DNA of 64,000 nucleotides, from the NCBI GenBank assembly GCA_008632985.1, contig QPGO01000044.1, positions 434,001-498,000 on the forward strand, written 5' to 3'. A program made the position numbers and the translations under genes. The notes under the pieces were generated by a model. It saw only the letters and a list, made by a program, of their open reading frames with translations, ran no database searches and was not told the DNA's origin. The stretch's first letter is position 1. Every line of letters starts with the position of its first letter. The stretch comes from Psammoneis japonica (lineage: Eukaryota). Below are positions 46,828 to 59,446 of this stretch, one piece after another.

Positions 46828-48552
46828 ATGGCTTCATCGTCTCCCGACAAGCAGCGTATTGCGGAACTCGAGCAAGAAAACGAGAAACTCCGTCGGCGCG
46901 TGGCTGAACTCGAGGAACCAATCATTTCTGGCGTTACTCCGGAAAATCTCAACATTCCTTTGGACGGGACAAAGGAGACTCGTGAACTGGTACTGTCTGC
47001 AATCAAGGACCGCAAGATTCATTTCTGTGATCTCAAGATGGAATGGCAGAATGACATGGAGATTGTATGCAGCGCCTTTCATGCCTTTCCAGCACGGCGC
47101 TGTGTAGGTCCAGACAGGTCGACATCTGCACGCATTAAACACCACAAGCAAGTTTGCTACTCGCGTCTACCTTATAATCTGATGGTAAACGAAAATGTCC
47201 TTATTGCTGCTTTGGCGTCCCGTGGTGGTCCTGCTTCATGGGAAGATGTTCCGACTTGGTTGCGAACCAAACCCGACGTTATCGCGGCAGCTCTCATGTA
47301 CCGGAGAATTGACTTCGAGGACGTACCAGAGAAGCTTAGGCTTGGTCACCCCAAAATTGCATATGTTGGAGTTGCTAAAAACAAGATTCATGCCGACGAT
47401 TGTGATTGCATTGGCATTGACATGTGGAAGATTGGAGTCACGAGTGGAGATATGATTTGGACACAGCTGCCAACAGGCCTACAATCTGACCCCACTTTTG
47501 CTCGTGATCTCGTTGAAGAACCGCTTAGTTTTACGTTGGCAAAAACCATTTTGACGCATGTGGCCGGATTGTGTCACGATGCGAAAACTTGGAACAAGCT
47601 ACTCTCCGTAGCAATAGATGAGCACTCCCACACTTTCACGCGATACCAATTTCAGGAGCTTTTTGAGGAGTTCACACCTGCTCAACTGCTTTCTAATTGG
47701 GATTTCATGGCTTACATGTGCAAGCATCACGAAGAGGCATTTTGTGAGGCCGACCGTTTCCTGGCGACGAATGCAGACTTTTTGGCGGAAATTCTCCACG
47801 GAAATGTACGAGTGCTCAGGTTCTTGGGCCATGGACCTCAACTAACACACTTACCTCTCGTCATAGACGTATTGTCATCTCTTCGGCATCCTGATGTAGA
47901 TTCGAATGTTGCGTATATGATCCAAAGGGCGATTGCACCCTCCCTTTGGGATAACATGGAATTTGCCCGAGCCTGGATGAAGGCCGGTCTAGGTTTTCCG
48001 CATGTAATTGGAGGAGACAAACGTTGGGAATGGGGAGAGGACCGTGAAATCTGTTTTGCGCATGCCACGATGAACGGTAATTTGGAATACACACCTGAAA
48101 AGTGGCTTGATGACGAAGAGTTCATGCTTTCAGTTGTCAACCATTGCAAGAACCCAAAGGTGTTAAACGACGTGTGCGAACATGCACCCACCGGAAAGGT
48201 CGTCGTTGCTGTGTTTGCAGCGTCGTCTGAGCTTACAGCAAAGAAGCTGTTAAGTCTGCATATTGAAGGAAGGGATCAGTCCATCAAGAAGGCTTGTGAT
48301 TGCTTGCGGCGGAATCTTCAAGTGTACGACACTTTTTCAGAGTGCATTCTCGGTAGCATGCTTTCGACATGTACCGTTGAATCCACAGGAACGCCGTTGA
48401 GCCTTCTCAATCAAGGACCAGATACTTCTCTTCTTTACAAGCAAAATCTTGCTGAGTACATTGGTGTGCCAACTGGAAAATGGTTGCGACAGCTTCGTCA
48501 GGCCGGAGAAAACCTTCGTCGTGCTGTTGCCCCTTGGGCACCTGACCTCTGA
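46828..48552 (+). CDS. DUF4116-like helical repeat protein
   Basis: 574-aa ORF; N-terminal coiled coil; recurring D/N-x-E/D-F/I/V units (WQNDMEIV, WDNMEFA, LDDEEFMLSVV). Confidence 0.7.
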   Translation: MASSSPDKQRIAELEQENEKLRRRVAELEEPIISGVTPENLNIPLDGTKETRELVLSAIKDRKIHFCDLKMEWQNDMEIVCSAFHAFPARRCVGPDRSTSARIKHHKQVCYSRLPYNLMVNENVLIAALASRGGPASWEDVPTWLRTKPDVIAAALMYRRIDFEDVPEKLRLGHPKIAYVGVAKNKIHADDCDCIGIDMWKIGVTSGDMIWTQLPTGLQSDPTFARDLVEEPLSFTLAKTILTHVAGLCHDAKTWNKLLSVAIDEHSHTFTRYQFQELFEEFTPAQLLSNWDFMAYMCKHHEEAFCEADRFLATNADFLAEILHGNVRVLRFLGHGPQLTHLPLVIDVLSSLRHPDVDSNVAYMIQRAIAPSLWDNMEFARAWMKAGLGFPHVIGGDKRWEWGEDREICFAHATMNGNLEYTPEKWLDDEEFMLSVVNHCKNPKVLNDVCEHAPTGKVVVAVFAASSELTAKKLLSLHIEGRDQSIKKACDCLRRNLQVYDTFSECILGSMLSTCTVESTGTPLSLLNQGPDTSLLYKQNLAEYIGVPTGKWLRQLRQAGENLRRAVAPWAPDL

Positions 48553-48729
48553 GATTGCTCACCACTCAAGTCTCATACATGGCACTTCTCTATGCATGCG
48601 GGGCGTTGCGAAAAACAGAGGTTACATTGCGGACTATTTTGGTCGCAATTATATCGATCACACCGTAGTTTGTTTCAGCTTCTAATATGTTGTCTTGGGC
48701 CCTCTTCTCCGCCCTCTACCGTAGAACAA

Positions 48730-50990
48730 TGTGTTGTTCAAAGCTTTGTCTGTTCCTTCACAACTTTCAACTTGAAACATTTTGGTTTGAGTCGCTGTTT
48801 GATGTGGCCCCAGTTTTGAAGTGCCGTGGCCGGAAAGTCAAAGTGCCGCAGAAATCTGCTTCCAATTGAATGTTCATTTCTTTTCTAGCTTGAGACAAAT
48901 TTGACCTTGTTCAGCACATGTCAGCGACATCAACACGGCTTAACTCCAAGCACTTCAAACTCAGTGAATCCCCAGTTTGTGCATGAAAGCACTTGTCATC
49001 TTTGTGGGGTTTCAGATGCACCAGTGGGCTCGAACGTCTCCAGCTTAAAGATGAAGATAAACCGCACAGTGGAAAAGGAAATGGGTTGATGTGCCTGCAT
49101 TGAAGCTGCTGCAACCTTTCCCTTGTGAGTCACCAGCACCTCAGATTCATTCCATCCCACAAGGTGATTGTTCCCCTCACTGTCACATGTGAGGCAAAGG
49201 CCATCACATTGTGGGTGTTTCCATTTTGCTGGGTGCATCATCATTTGTGATGATGCAATGCAGGCACTTGGATGATTCAACCTGTTTGGTTCCTGCATGT
49301 TGTGCATGTCATGACATCAACAACTCCCTTGCAAATGAAAGAAATGGTGAAGGACATCCCTTGCACAACAATGCTTGCAGTGGCAAAACTGCCAAATGCT
49401 GTCTTGGTGCTGGCTTTCCTTCTGTTCTTTGGAAGAATGACCAAAAGAGAAGAAAAAAGCTGAGACAAATGAGCTCCCATGACAGTTGTCAGCACTGTGC
49501 TCAACTTGCACATTGATTCAGCAGGTGGCTGACTGGCGAAATCATCACAACTGCCTCTCTCTTTGACTTCTTGACAGGACAGCAGCCCACTTTGCTTCCT
49601 CTTTGATGCAGGGTGCCTGGCTCACTCACCACTGCAAGGCTTTGTGCAACAATTGTGCAAGCCCTGCATGTGTGTGCCTTGTCTAAAGAGGCTCTTGCAG
49701 ATTCGGAACAGATGGCACAAAAAAAAATGGCTAAAGTGATGTTTGTTGTGTGGAGCTCATCTGCACACACATGTTCGTTTGGCTCAGTGCCAAGTCAGGA
49801 GTGTGCTCACAACACCGCTGCAATGCACAATGGTGCAAATTGCGCCATTGTGCTCAAAGTCATTTTCTGTTTTGTTGTTGCTGTGACATTGCCTCTGTGC
49901 ACAGCAGTGTCAACTGAGCTCATGTTGACAGGTGCAAGCAATGAGCGCAGCTTGCGATTGTTGCACATCTTTCAATGGACAGCACAGGGCAGAATTGCAC
50001 TCTTTTTGCTGAAGAATCCTTTGTGAAGTGCAGCCATCAAGAGAGTCTGTGCCAGCTGAACAAAAGCAAGATGCTCACATTGTCTCATTTTTGAAACATG
50101 GTGCAGCCTCCAGAGCATCTCCAGCAGCACACTTGGTCTGTTCCAAGCAGCAAGACAACAGTGAAGCCATGTGGAAACTCTGAAAAAACACAAAAAAACA
50201 CTTGCAATTGTTCCACCATGTGCCAAATGTGAGACCCCACATTGCATTTGCTTGGAGCCTCAGGGCTGAGGTCAAATCACTTCTCATGTGGACACCAACA
50301 AACAATGCCAAGGTGCTGCATGCTCGGCTGAAAACTGAAAACCTGCACAACAACAAGGGAAACAAACAACACAAGAATCATGTTGATCCTGGTCAGCCTT
50401 TTTGCCACCCACCAGTGCCATGACTCTCACATTTGATGAGCCACAAATCAAGTTTCTTGCCCTCTCAAGAGAGGTGCCTGGAGCCTCAGGGCTGAGGTCA
50501 AATTGCCTCTCATGTGGACACCAACAAACAATTCCAAGGCATCACACACTGGACTGAAAGCTGAAAACCTGCATGACAACAAGGGAAACAGACAAGACAA
50601 GAATCATGTTGGTCCCGGACAGCCTTTTTGCTGCCCACCCGTGCCGCGACTCTCATCTTTGGTGTGTCACAAATCAAGTTTCACCCTCTCAAGGTGGCAA
50701 CTGTGCACAAAACAGGAGCTTGCATCTTGACACTCCAAACACATGCTTGCAACCATTCGTGGCTCATGGCACAGGTTCAACACAGCACGTGGGCATTCCA
50801 GAACGTGACCATCACATCATGCAACATCATGTTGTGTGGTGCATGAGCCGGGTGAGTCATCTTGCCAAATGGTGCCAACAGGCAACTGGCAGATGGTGCG
50901 CATCAATCGACTCATGTTTAAATGCAGCAGCAGAGGCAAGGCTGTCGGCAACACATGGTCCTCACTGGGATTGTGGTGACAGTGTGGAGC
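48730..50990. other. CpG- and TpA-depleted hypermutated block 5
   Basis: Same signature; content unidentified. Confidence 0.78.
50253..50693 (+). repeat. Tandem duplication, 2 x ~226 bp
   Basis: Units start tggagcctcagggctgaggtcaaat at 50253 and 50479. Confidence 0.92.
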
Positions 50991-51191
50991 TGTACCGTAC
51001 AATGCTGACCGACGCTGTCGAACAAATGCTTTCTATCCGTCATTGTAGAGACATGCCAGTCTGGCAACTGCCTCTCTAGCTACTAGAGAGTGGTCATAGC
51101 ATGTGCCTGCCGGTACGTAACTCCACCGCTGACTCCTCCACAGGCTGAGCAATGCAATTATTTTATTTTAACTGGTGTGCTGGACGGCACT

Positions 51192-54100
51192 TTATTGTTG
51201 AAGCCTACGAATGTCTTCCAGCACAGCATCCTGGAGTGGCAACATTCCTTTAGTCCCCGCAAGAGAATACATTCTAATGCCGCATATGTCTGGCAGCTTT
51301 CGGCTGATGTTGTCCCACCACCGTTCAAGCATTCTCTGGTTAACCCGCCCGTCATTCACAAAGAAATCCATGAATTCCTTTTCTTTTGGGAAATCATTTG
51401 GTCCCTTGAGTTCGTCAAAGAAAATTGGTAAGATTATTTTCTCATGTTGCAGCGCAAGGTCGAGTTCCAGCATACACCAGTGGCGTTGAAAATACTTCGG
51501 AGACAAGACAGCAACAAATATGGAGCAATTCCTTGCCTCTAATCGGATCCGACGCTCGAGGTTCTCTCCCGTTTGCAGACACGTGTCATCATAGAAATAC
51601 ACCATGCTCTCACGTTTCAACTCTCTTTCGAGGTATGCTGTAAAATCGGCCGCTCTAGTGTCCTTGCCCGTGTGACTGAGGAAAACCTTTGGCTTGTCTG
51701 TAATGATGCCAAGTACCTCTTGGTTGAGCTGCTTGACATAGCCGACTTGCTCTCCCGTTGTGATAAAGTCACTTTTATCACTTCGGTGCACCCATACATT
51801 ACCAATCTCAGGGATTTTAACTTTTACGTAGTTGTCGCCTGTTTTCTGCCCTAGGTTGAATTTACATTCCTCATCATGGGGCGACCATACTAAACCCGTT
51901 GGTATTCCTTCGTATTCAGGGGGTCGTAGTGGCTTGTTCTTTTGAATCATCTCCACAATGGATTTCATTTCCCCGTGTTGTAACCCTGTCGTTTGAGTCT
52001 CCATCGATACGCTCACACCTAGAGTCCTATCCAGCCGAACCGTCTCAGGTTCCAGGTGGGGCAGAGAGGGAAAGCTAGGTGTCCGCTCTTGGTCTCGTAT
52101 GTCAGCCAAAGTGCGCGGAGTTTCAGACGACGGCAATCGTTACACCCTCCAGATAGCAGGTGCTCTTGTTTCGCCAAGAGGAGGTAGCAAATGATGTGGG
52201 GCTCGTTCGCATGTTTTTCAAAAAGGTTTCGCAGTGAGTCTAACGTGTCTGCTCTCGAAGACGAATCAGGCTCACTATTCTGCCCACTTTTGACCCTGCT
52301 CTCCTCTAGTGTCCTCTGTCGCTTTAGGTTTCGTGGTGAGTCTAACGTGTCTGGTCTCAAAGACGAATCAGGCTCACTCTCCTGCCCGCTTTTGTCCCAG
52401 CTCTCCTCTAGTGTCCTCTGTCGCTGCTTCTTCACTCCAAGCAGCCATTCTGCCACTTTGTCAATCTCACGGACCGAATGACATAGTGGACAAACGGCAA
52501 CAGCTTGTCGATAGTCTTGAAGCGTTTCCATGCCCCAACTCTCTGACAACAACCGCCTGCCAATCGCGAAGCACATTCCACATCCAAACGTACGAGATCC
52601 ACCCCAGGAAAGTCTTTCAGGCAAGAGCTTATTGCTTGCAGGATACGATACTGCAGGAGCCTGCCTTGCCCGTATGTATTAACCAGTACGACTCGCTCAT
52701 CCTCTTCCCAAACGAGTCTTCCAAAGCTTATTAGGGCTTTCTGACCGTCCGAGGTGATTGTTTCCATAACTACGCAGCCATTCTTCCACCATCCACCAAT
52801 CAACGTCGATCCACGAAGCTTCACCTGAAGCTCCGGCCACAAACGTCGGGACTGAGTAGATAACTCGATTTGTATAATAGGATTCGGTTTCAAAGCGCTG
52901 TTGTCTGCGGCGAGCTCTTCCACAAGTGTCTCCATTGCCGAACCAGACCGAGAAATCATAGCCGGAACTAGTGTTGCTTCGTATTTCTCTCCGTCGTCAT
53001 CACGAATCGGAAAGCCAACTTCGCATTCATGGATCAGAGCTAGAAAACCATCATGAAGCTCTTTCGGATAGTCCTTCCAAACTGCACCAAGTTCCCGGTG
53101 CCGCAGGTATCCATCGCGTGCGTTCCTAACGTATCGCTTGTCATTGGTAACTACTCGTGCCAAGACTTGAGCCAGTTCCGGTGGGTCAAGGATGATCTCT
53201 CCCGTCGGCAAGCGCAGCACTTCGCCAATCTCATTGAAGAAGGTCAGTACACGGTCAACGCGTTCTTCCTCGGCGATGTTTACATCCTTGGCATGAGAGT
53301 CCCATTCATCTCTTGTCAGAAAAAACTTCCCGTCTTGCCGGAGATCGGCCAACTTCGATCGTAGACGTATGTACGTGCTCGGCACCAGCATGTCCTTGAC
53401 CCCGACGGTGGCACCAATGTCATCCATCACCGACTTGGCCGTGGCCTTGATTCGTTCCATCAGACCAGAGGTGCCGTTTCCGTCTTTTGCGCTCGTGTGC
53501 ATGTAATCAACAAAGTTTCGGCCGTACAAATCTTTCAACTTATCCTCCACGTCTGGCGATAGACTAGCGTGGCCCATGTCAGACTTTGTTGTCACAAAGA
53601 TAATTCGAGCATTTGGGTTTGCATCTAGAACGTCTTCGGCATAGCGATGGAAGGGCGTGTCCGTTTGGCGGTTGTCCCACACCACCACAAACACGGCTCG
53701 GGTGCGTAGAAAGAGTTGGTGTGTCGTGGCATAAATAGGTTGACCTCCAAAATCATAAAACACCAATTCGAGACCACTCTCATCCTTGATTCGTTCCTCC
53801 AGCATACCGTTAGTCATTGCAGGTGGCGGCGTTGTTGGATATTCATCTCGTACCAAGCGAGACACGAGACACGTCTTTCCTGCTTCGCCTGGACCTGTAA
53901 CGATAACCTTGGTTATGGCGAGTGCCTCCTCGCCCGTTTCCCACCGTTCACGCAAAAAGGTGAGAATTTCTCTGTTATCCTTGTTGTTGTACTCAAGGGG
54001 CACTTGAAGCAGGGGTAGGTACTCGTTCAATTGAAGGAAATCAATGTATTCGAGTTTGGGAAATTTTTGCTCCAACAAGGCTCGAGCAAATTTCTCACCC

Positions 54101-55470
54101 GTATCGCGGTCACATGATCGTCCAAGATACACATGTCTGAGGCTGTCGTTATGGCTAGATGCCATGGATGAGACAATAGAATTGGCGCCGTTGTCTCCAA
54201 TGCTATTGTCGTAAAGGACGAGCTCTCGCAATGTACCATTGTTTGGCAAGGCCTGCGCCAACGCCGTGGCTCCCTCGGCTCCAATGCTGTTTCCGCCAAG
54301 CTGGAGCACTAGCAATGTACCATTGTTTGGCAAGGCCTGCGCCAACGCCGTGGCTCCCTCGTCTCCAATGCTATTTCCGTAAAGGAAGAGTACTTGCAAT
54401 GTACCATTGTTTGGCAAGGCCTGCGCCAACGCCGTGGCTCCCTCGTCTCCAATGCTATTGCCGGAAAGGTAGAGCTCTTGCAATGTACCATTGTTTGGCA
54501 AGGCCTGCGCCAACGCCGTGGCTCCCTCGTCTCCAATTCTATTTCCGCCAAGGTTGAGCACTTTCAATGTACCATTGTTTGGCAAGGCCTGCGCCAACGC
54601 CGTGGCTCCCTCGGCTCCAATGCTATTTCCGCCAAGGACGAGCTCTCGCAATGTACCATTGTTTGGCAAGGCCTGCGCCAACGCCGTGGCTCCCTCGTCT
54701 CCAATGCTATTTCCGCCAAGGTCGAGCTCTTGCAATGTACCATTGTTTGGCAAGGTCTGCGCCAACGCCGTGGCTCCGTCGACCCTAATGCTATTGTAGG
54801 AAAGGCCGAGCACTTTCAATGTACCATTGTTTGGCAAGGCCTGCGCCAACGCCGTGACTCCCTCGTCTCCAATGCTATTTCCGCCAAGGTGGAGCGTTTG
54901 CAATGTACCATTGTTTGGCAAGGCCTGCGCCAACGCCGTGGCTCCCTCGTCTCCAATTTTATTGTGGGAAAGGCCGAGCACTTGCAATGTACCATTGTTT
55001 GGCAAGGCCTGCGCCAACGCCGTGGCTCCCTTGTCTCCAATTCTATTTCCGCCAAGGAAGAGCTTTTGCAATGTACCATTCTTTGGCAAGGCCTGCGCCA
55101 ACGCCGTGGCTCCCTCGTCTCCAATGCTATTTCCGACAAGGTCGAGCACTTGCAATGTACCATTGTTTGGCAAGGCCCGCGCCAACGCCGTGGCTCCCTC
55201 GTCTCCAATGCTATTTCCGCCAAGGTCGAGCACTTTCAATGTACCATGGTTTGGCAAGGCCTGTGCCAACGCCGTGGCTCCCTCGTCTCCAATATTCCTT
55301 CCTCTCAATTTGATCTCCGTTAGCTGTGGATCATTTTGTTGGAGTCGACGGCAGTACTCCGCCACCGTTGAATTTTGGTTGGACGTTGCATGCTGGTTCG
55401 ACGTTGAATTTTGGTTGGACGTTGCATGCTGGTTTGACGAAGCATTGTCGGCGGACATGGATGATCCCAT
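51192..55470 (-). CDS. LRR-Roc-COR-TIR (Roco-type) receptor; two apparent frameshifts near 52545 and 52020
   Basis: 13 RI-type 28-aa LRRs; Roc GTPase (VTGPGEAGKT, YDFGGQ, TKSD, TSAK); COR-like region; linker in ORF 52019-52624; TIR in ORF 51192-52136 (KVFLSHTGKD, VLSPKYFQRHWCMLEL). Confidence 0.85.
52225..52428 (-). repeat. Coding tandem repeat, 2 x 102 bp
   Basis: RQRTLEES...DTLDS.RNL occurs twice, 34 aa apart. Confidence 0.85.
54200..55295 (-). repeat. Array of 13 x 84-bp LRR units
   Basis: Near-invariant caatgtaccattgtttggcaaggcctgcgccaacgccgtggctccctcgtctccaat alternating with ~25-nt variable segments. Confidence 0.97.
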
Positions 55471-56199
55471 CGTTGTTGGGATGTTGTAGATACACGTGTA
55501 CAAGTAAGTGGAAGAGTCACACGGTCCGTTTCTAGTTCAACAAAAATGGAATGGCTCCCGCAGGATATAACCTGATGGGTTTGACAAAGAAAATAGCAAC
55601 AGCAAAAAATTGGACCGTGAGCAACACTTATTTGTCGTTAAAGGGATGAAAGCTCTTGCGACGTCACGCATGATCACGAGAAAACGATAGCCGACAGCAA
55701 ATGTTTTGTTCCTTCGACATACCAAGGGATCACTTACTATTTCTGGAACAACTTGTCAAACTAGTGGCAACAATAACAAATCAGAAACAATGGCACGCAA
55801 CTTCTTTCTGAAAAGCTTGTTTCGAGATGCGGTGATTCGCGGCACGATTCGGAAACGCGGATGATTCGAATGATTCGATGAAATGCACACAAAAGCGTTT
55901 ATCGTGGACGGATTTGCTTCTGTTTGCAATTCAAATGCTGTAAACCTCTTGGAATCAAACTCCAACACAATGTATCTTGGTTGCGAGGCTGCTTTGAACC
56001 GTTTCGAAAAGTGTAGTCAATGGACGATGATCGTCATGGCGGCGGGCAGCGATGTACTGTACGTAGGCCCTGCTGTGTGGATACCGAGCAGCGACTGCGA
56101 AATGCGAACGATGTGCGTGCGTGTGATGACGTCATCACATGCGTTGATTGTTGATTGAGTGGCGGGCAGATTTCAAGATGCTGACATTCTTCCCCCCAC

Positions 56200-59100
56200 T
56201 CTAGAGAGAGCACGGAACGCTTCCCTGAACGGGGCTGTGCATCACAATTGTTGCCGCATTTTTCAATCTCAAAGAGAGAAGGACATCTGCACTGTTCTTG
56301 GGCATCCTTTGGATGTTTGTCACTTGTCGGCCTGCACCCTGTCATTTTGCCAGGCTGTTGAAGAAATTGCCACCAATGTTCGCCAAAGTCGCTCTGCTTG
56401 TGTGCGGCCAACAAGCGAAACATCGTGCGTGGCCACAACAATTGTCTGAGCATTCTGTGACATCCTGGAAATGGGCAAAGCATGGCCTGTCACCAGAAAA
56501 ACTTTGTTTGGCAATCACGCACATTTGGCACCACAAGTGTCCATCCTTGCCCCTGTGGAGGTCATGTGGCATGTCATTTTCAACTGCTTTTTGTCCCCAT
56601 TCATGCTGTTGTCTTTGACGCAACAAAGCACATGAGGACAAGAAGAGCTGGCTTTAGGGGCATTGTGAAAACAACACGAAAAAAGCTCGGGCTGCACTGT
56701 TGCCCATGTTGCTGATGCAAAAAACCGTGGGCAAGGATGCAACATGTCAGCCCACTGAGGTTTGGAGGGCAACACACCAACGTGCATCAGAGCCTGCTCC
56801 ACAAGGCTGCAAAAAGTGAGCCGTCATGGTTTGGCTCTGTTTGTTTGTTTGTTTGAATTTATTCTGTTTGTTTCAACCATCAGCCATTGACATGTGATCA
56901 ACACAACAAAATGTGCACAGTGTTTGACAAAGCACAAAACATTTGTTTTTTGTGCAAAAAGGGGCATGTGCAAAGCTTGCTTTGCTTGGCAGCCCACATG
57001 TTTGTCCACCTGCCCTCTTGCTTTCCATTCTCTGTTGAAGGGCAATGTGCGCTTGACTCTGACAATGACTTCAATGAGAACAAGCCATGGTTTTTGGATG
57101 TTTTGGATGACTCTGCTCAGCTTTGCAAAAGAACAAGGTGGAGTTTAAGAAGCTGAGCAACTCACCGCTCTCCAGCTGGTCACTTTGGCATCACAAGCAC
57201 TCAAAGGTTTAGGCTGCTGAGCTGGGTTGCCTGTGCGTCAAATGCAAAAGCTGCGTGATGCAGGGCTTGTGCATCTCTCACACTCAATGCTGCACTGGTG
57301 TTGCCACAACAACAAGAACAACTGCAGCCAGCTTTGACAAAGGAAAGCATCTGCGCACCAGTTGTTTCTTTGTCACATGTGTGTTTCTTTGATGGGGTGT
57401 GCATTGGCCAGCAAATCTGTGTGACTTCATTGCTTCCTTTTCAAGGGCATGGGCTCAGTGTGGAATCTTGGCGTTGTTGTTGCTGGATGTTGACATCTGC
57501 CCTGGAGCCACATCCACCAATGGTGGCACCTTTTCAGGACTTTGGCCAAGTTGGTCTTGACTCTGGTCTCATGGGGATGAACCTGATGACCCCAAATTGG
57601 ATGTTGGACAAGGTCTGCCAAAGGACTTTGTCTGATGGATGGAATTGCTGCAAGATGTGGATCTGGAAGCATTTGAAGGACTTCTTGCTGTTTCACCCAT
57701 GAGTGAATCTGCACAACCAGCATGGTGTTTTAACCCTGGAGGATCTTTGCTGGACAAAAAATTGTTTCTGCCAAACTTGCCTTCTGGCATTGCCAAGTCA
57801 TTTCTCACATGGACGGGCTCCAATCCTGGGTGGGACTCCGTGTGACATTGGGCCCGTAGAATTCTGCATGCAAGCTCCACAGTGATTTTGTCAAGCAATG
57901 AAAATGTGAATGATCGCCAACAGAAAAAGAGGCAATTTTACGAGTGCATCTCCTCCTTCACACTTGCAGCACATGAACAATGGCATGCATGGGCACATTC
58001 TGCAGACATTAAAGAATGTGCCCAGAACATTTTCGTTGTCACAAATGTTGAAAATGGAAAGCCTTTGGCTTTGCAAAATGGGAAGTGTGAAACAATTTTG
58101 TGGAGCATCATGCCATCCACGTGCATGACATGCGGCACGATCCAAAAAACCATTGATGTCACAGTTCAGCAGTGCAAGGTCCCACCCAGAGCTGGAATGC
58201 ATCCATGCTCACCCATTCAGCCCTGAGGTTCCCAGCTGCAGACACCTTGTTTTGCTGACTGCCAATCTCCTCATCACCAAAATGTGGCAAAGAATTGCCT
58301 GTGAGTGTGCATTCACAAATCTGTCTTACATCCAAACATTTTGCCCCTGGGTGCAATGACCCCGGTGGCCACCACCAAGGCACAAGAACACACAGACTAA
58401 AAAAAGCAGAGCGCGCAATGATGCATCACAAGTTGCTGTCAGACTGTCCAAAGTCTTCTTCTCTGGCATTGCCTGTCTTGGATTTACACACCAACTGGTT
58501 CCAAATGTCATTTCCATGGCAAATTTTTTTTAAATTCCATGCTGGAATTAGCGCACGCATTGGTTGATTTTTTGCCTGAAACAGACTGCCGGCAAAAAAG
58601 CAGAGTGCGCAATCATGATGCAGATCCAAACAAAGCAAGTGTGGGTTGCACTGGTCAAAGCACCACAATGATGTCCATTGTTGACCATGTGTCACAACAA
58701 TTGCCCAAGTGGTTGAGCGACATGCAACCATTCATCATTTGTTTGGGGAACAATTCTTCTCATGACCGTGGCGTCACAGGCGTCCATGCATTTTTCCAGC
58801 AGAGTGCTTGTGTCATGGGGCAGCAACAAGTTGTGGGTGCTCTTGCTTTCCCCAATTGCTGAGACTTTCCCATCATGATTTTTGAAGCAAAAGTCTGGCT
58901 TGCCAACTGGGGCTGATTCTCTTGTGACAGAATGAACCAGGTGGGCTCTTCTTAGAAACTGAGTGCGCCTGTCATTGGGTGATTTTCCTCTGATGTTTCC
59001 GACCGGCAGGAAGCATCGCTGGATTTCAACACATCCAAGAAGACAGTGAACACAACTGGTCTCAACTCTCTCGCATTCGGTTCATGCTTGGAAGCCTTCC

Positions 59101-59446
59101 CGATGAAGCCTCTCCACATGAGGACACTTGGAGATGGAGGAGGATGCATGCAACCGCTCCTTGGTTCATCAATCCTGGTGTGTGCAGCAATGTCGCTGCT
59201 TTCCAAAAGAGGGGGAATCAGATGCTGCTCCAAAAGTTCTCCTGTTGAGTCAACGGATGGCGCAGCCAAGTTCAGGTCCAAGTGATGACTGAAAATTTCA
59301 TGAAATTTGTTGTTCCACTCGGTTCATTCTTTTTTCTCCTTGCGTGATGGTTGCTTGATGTTCACAGCTTCTGAGCTCAAGTCGCCGTCAAGAACATAGC
59401 CATCGTTTGCGGTTTGGTCAAGGAAATCGTAGTAATCCTCAGCCAT
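56200..59446 (-). mobile_element. Hypermutated block 6: long decayed minus-strand gene, possibly a piggyBac/IS4-like transposase
   Basis: Starts MAEDYYDFLDQ at ~59446 (still unmutated), then degenerates; ends in a Cys-rich segment (WCQMC...CFACW). No terminal repeats or TTAA found; class is a guess. Confidence 0.3.

Noticed and set aside
54200..55295. CRISPR-like alternation of constant and variable segments
   Set aside because: Period is 84 bp, in frame, and the variable parts are homologous LRR beta-strand codons; eukaryotic context and no cas genes.
54394..55323. Long plus-strand repetitive ORFs
   Set aside because: Antisense shadows of the LRR array.
1720..59400. Many Cys/His-rich ORFs in the mutated blocks as novel metal-binding proteins
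   Set aside because: Loss of TpA removes TAA/TAG stops and turns Tyr into Cys/His, so spurious overlapping ORFs appear in all six frames.
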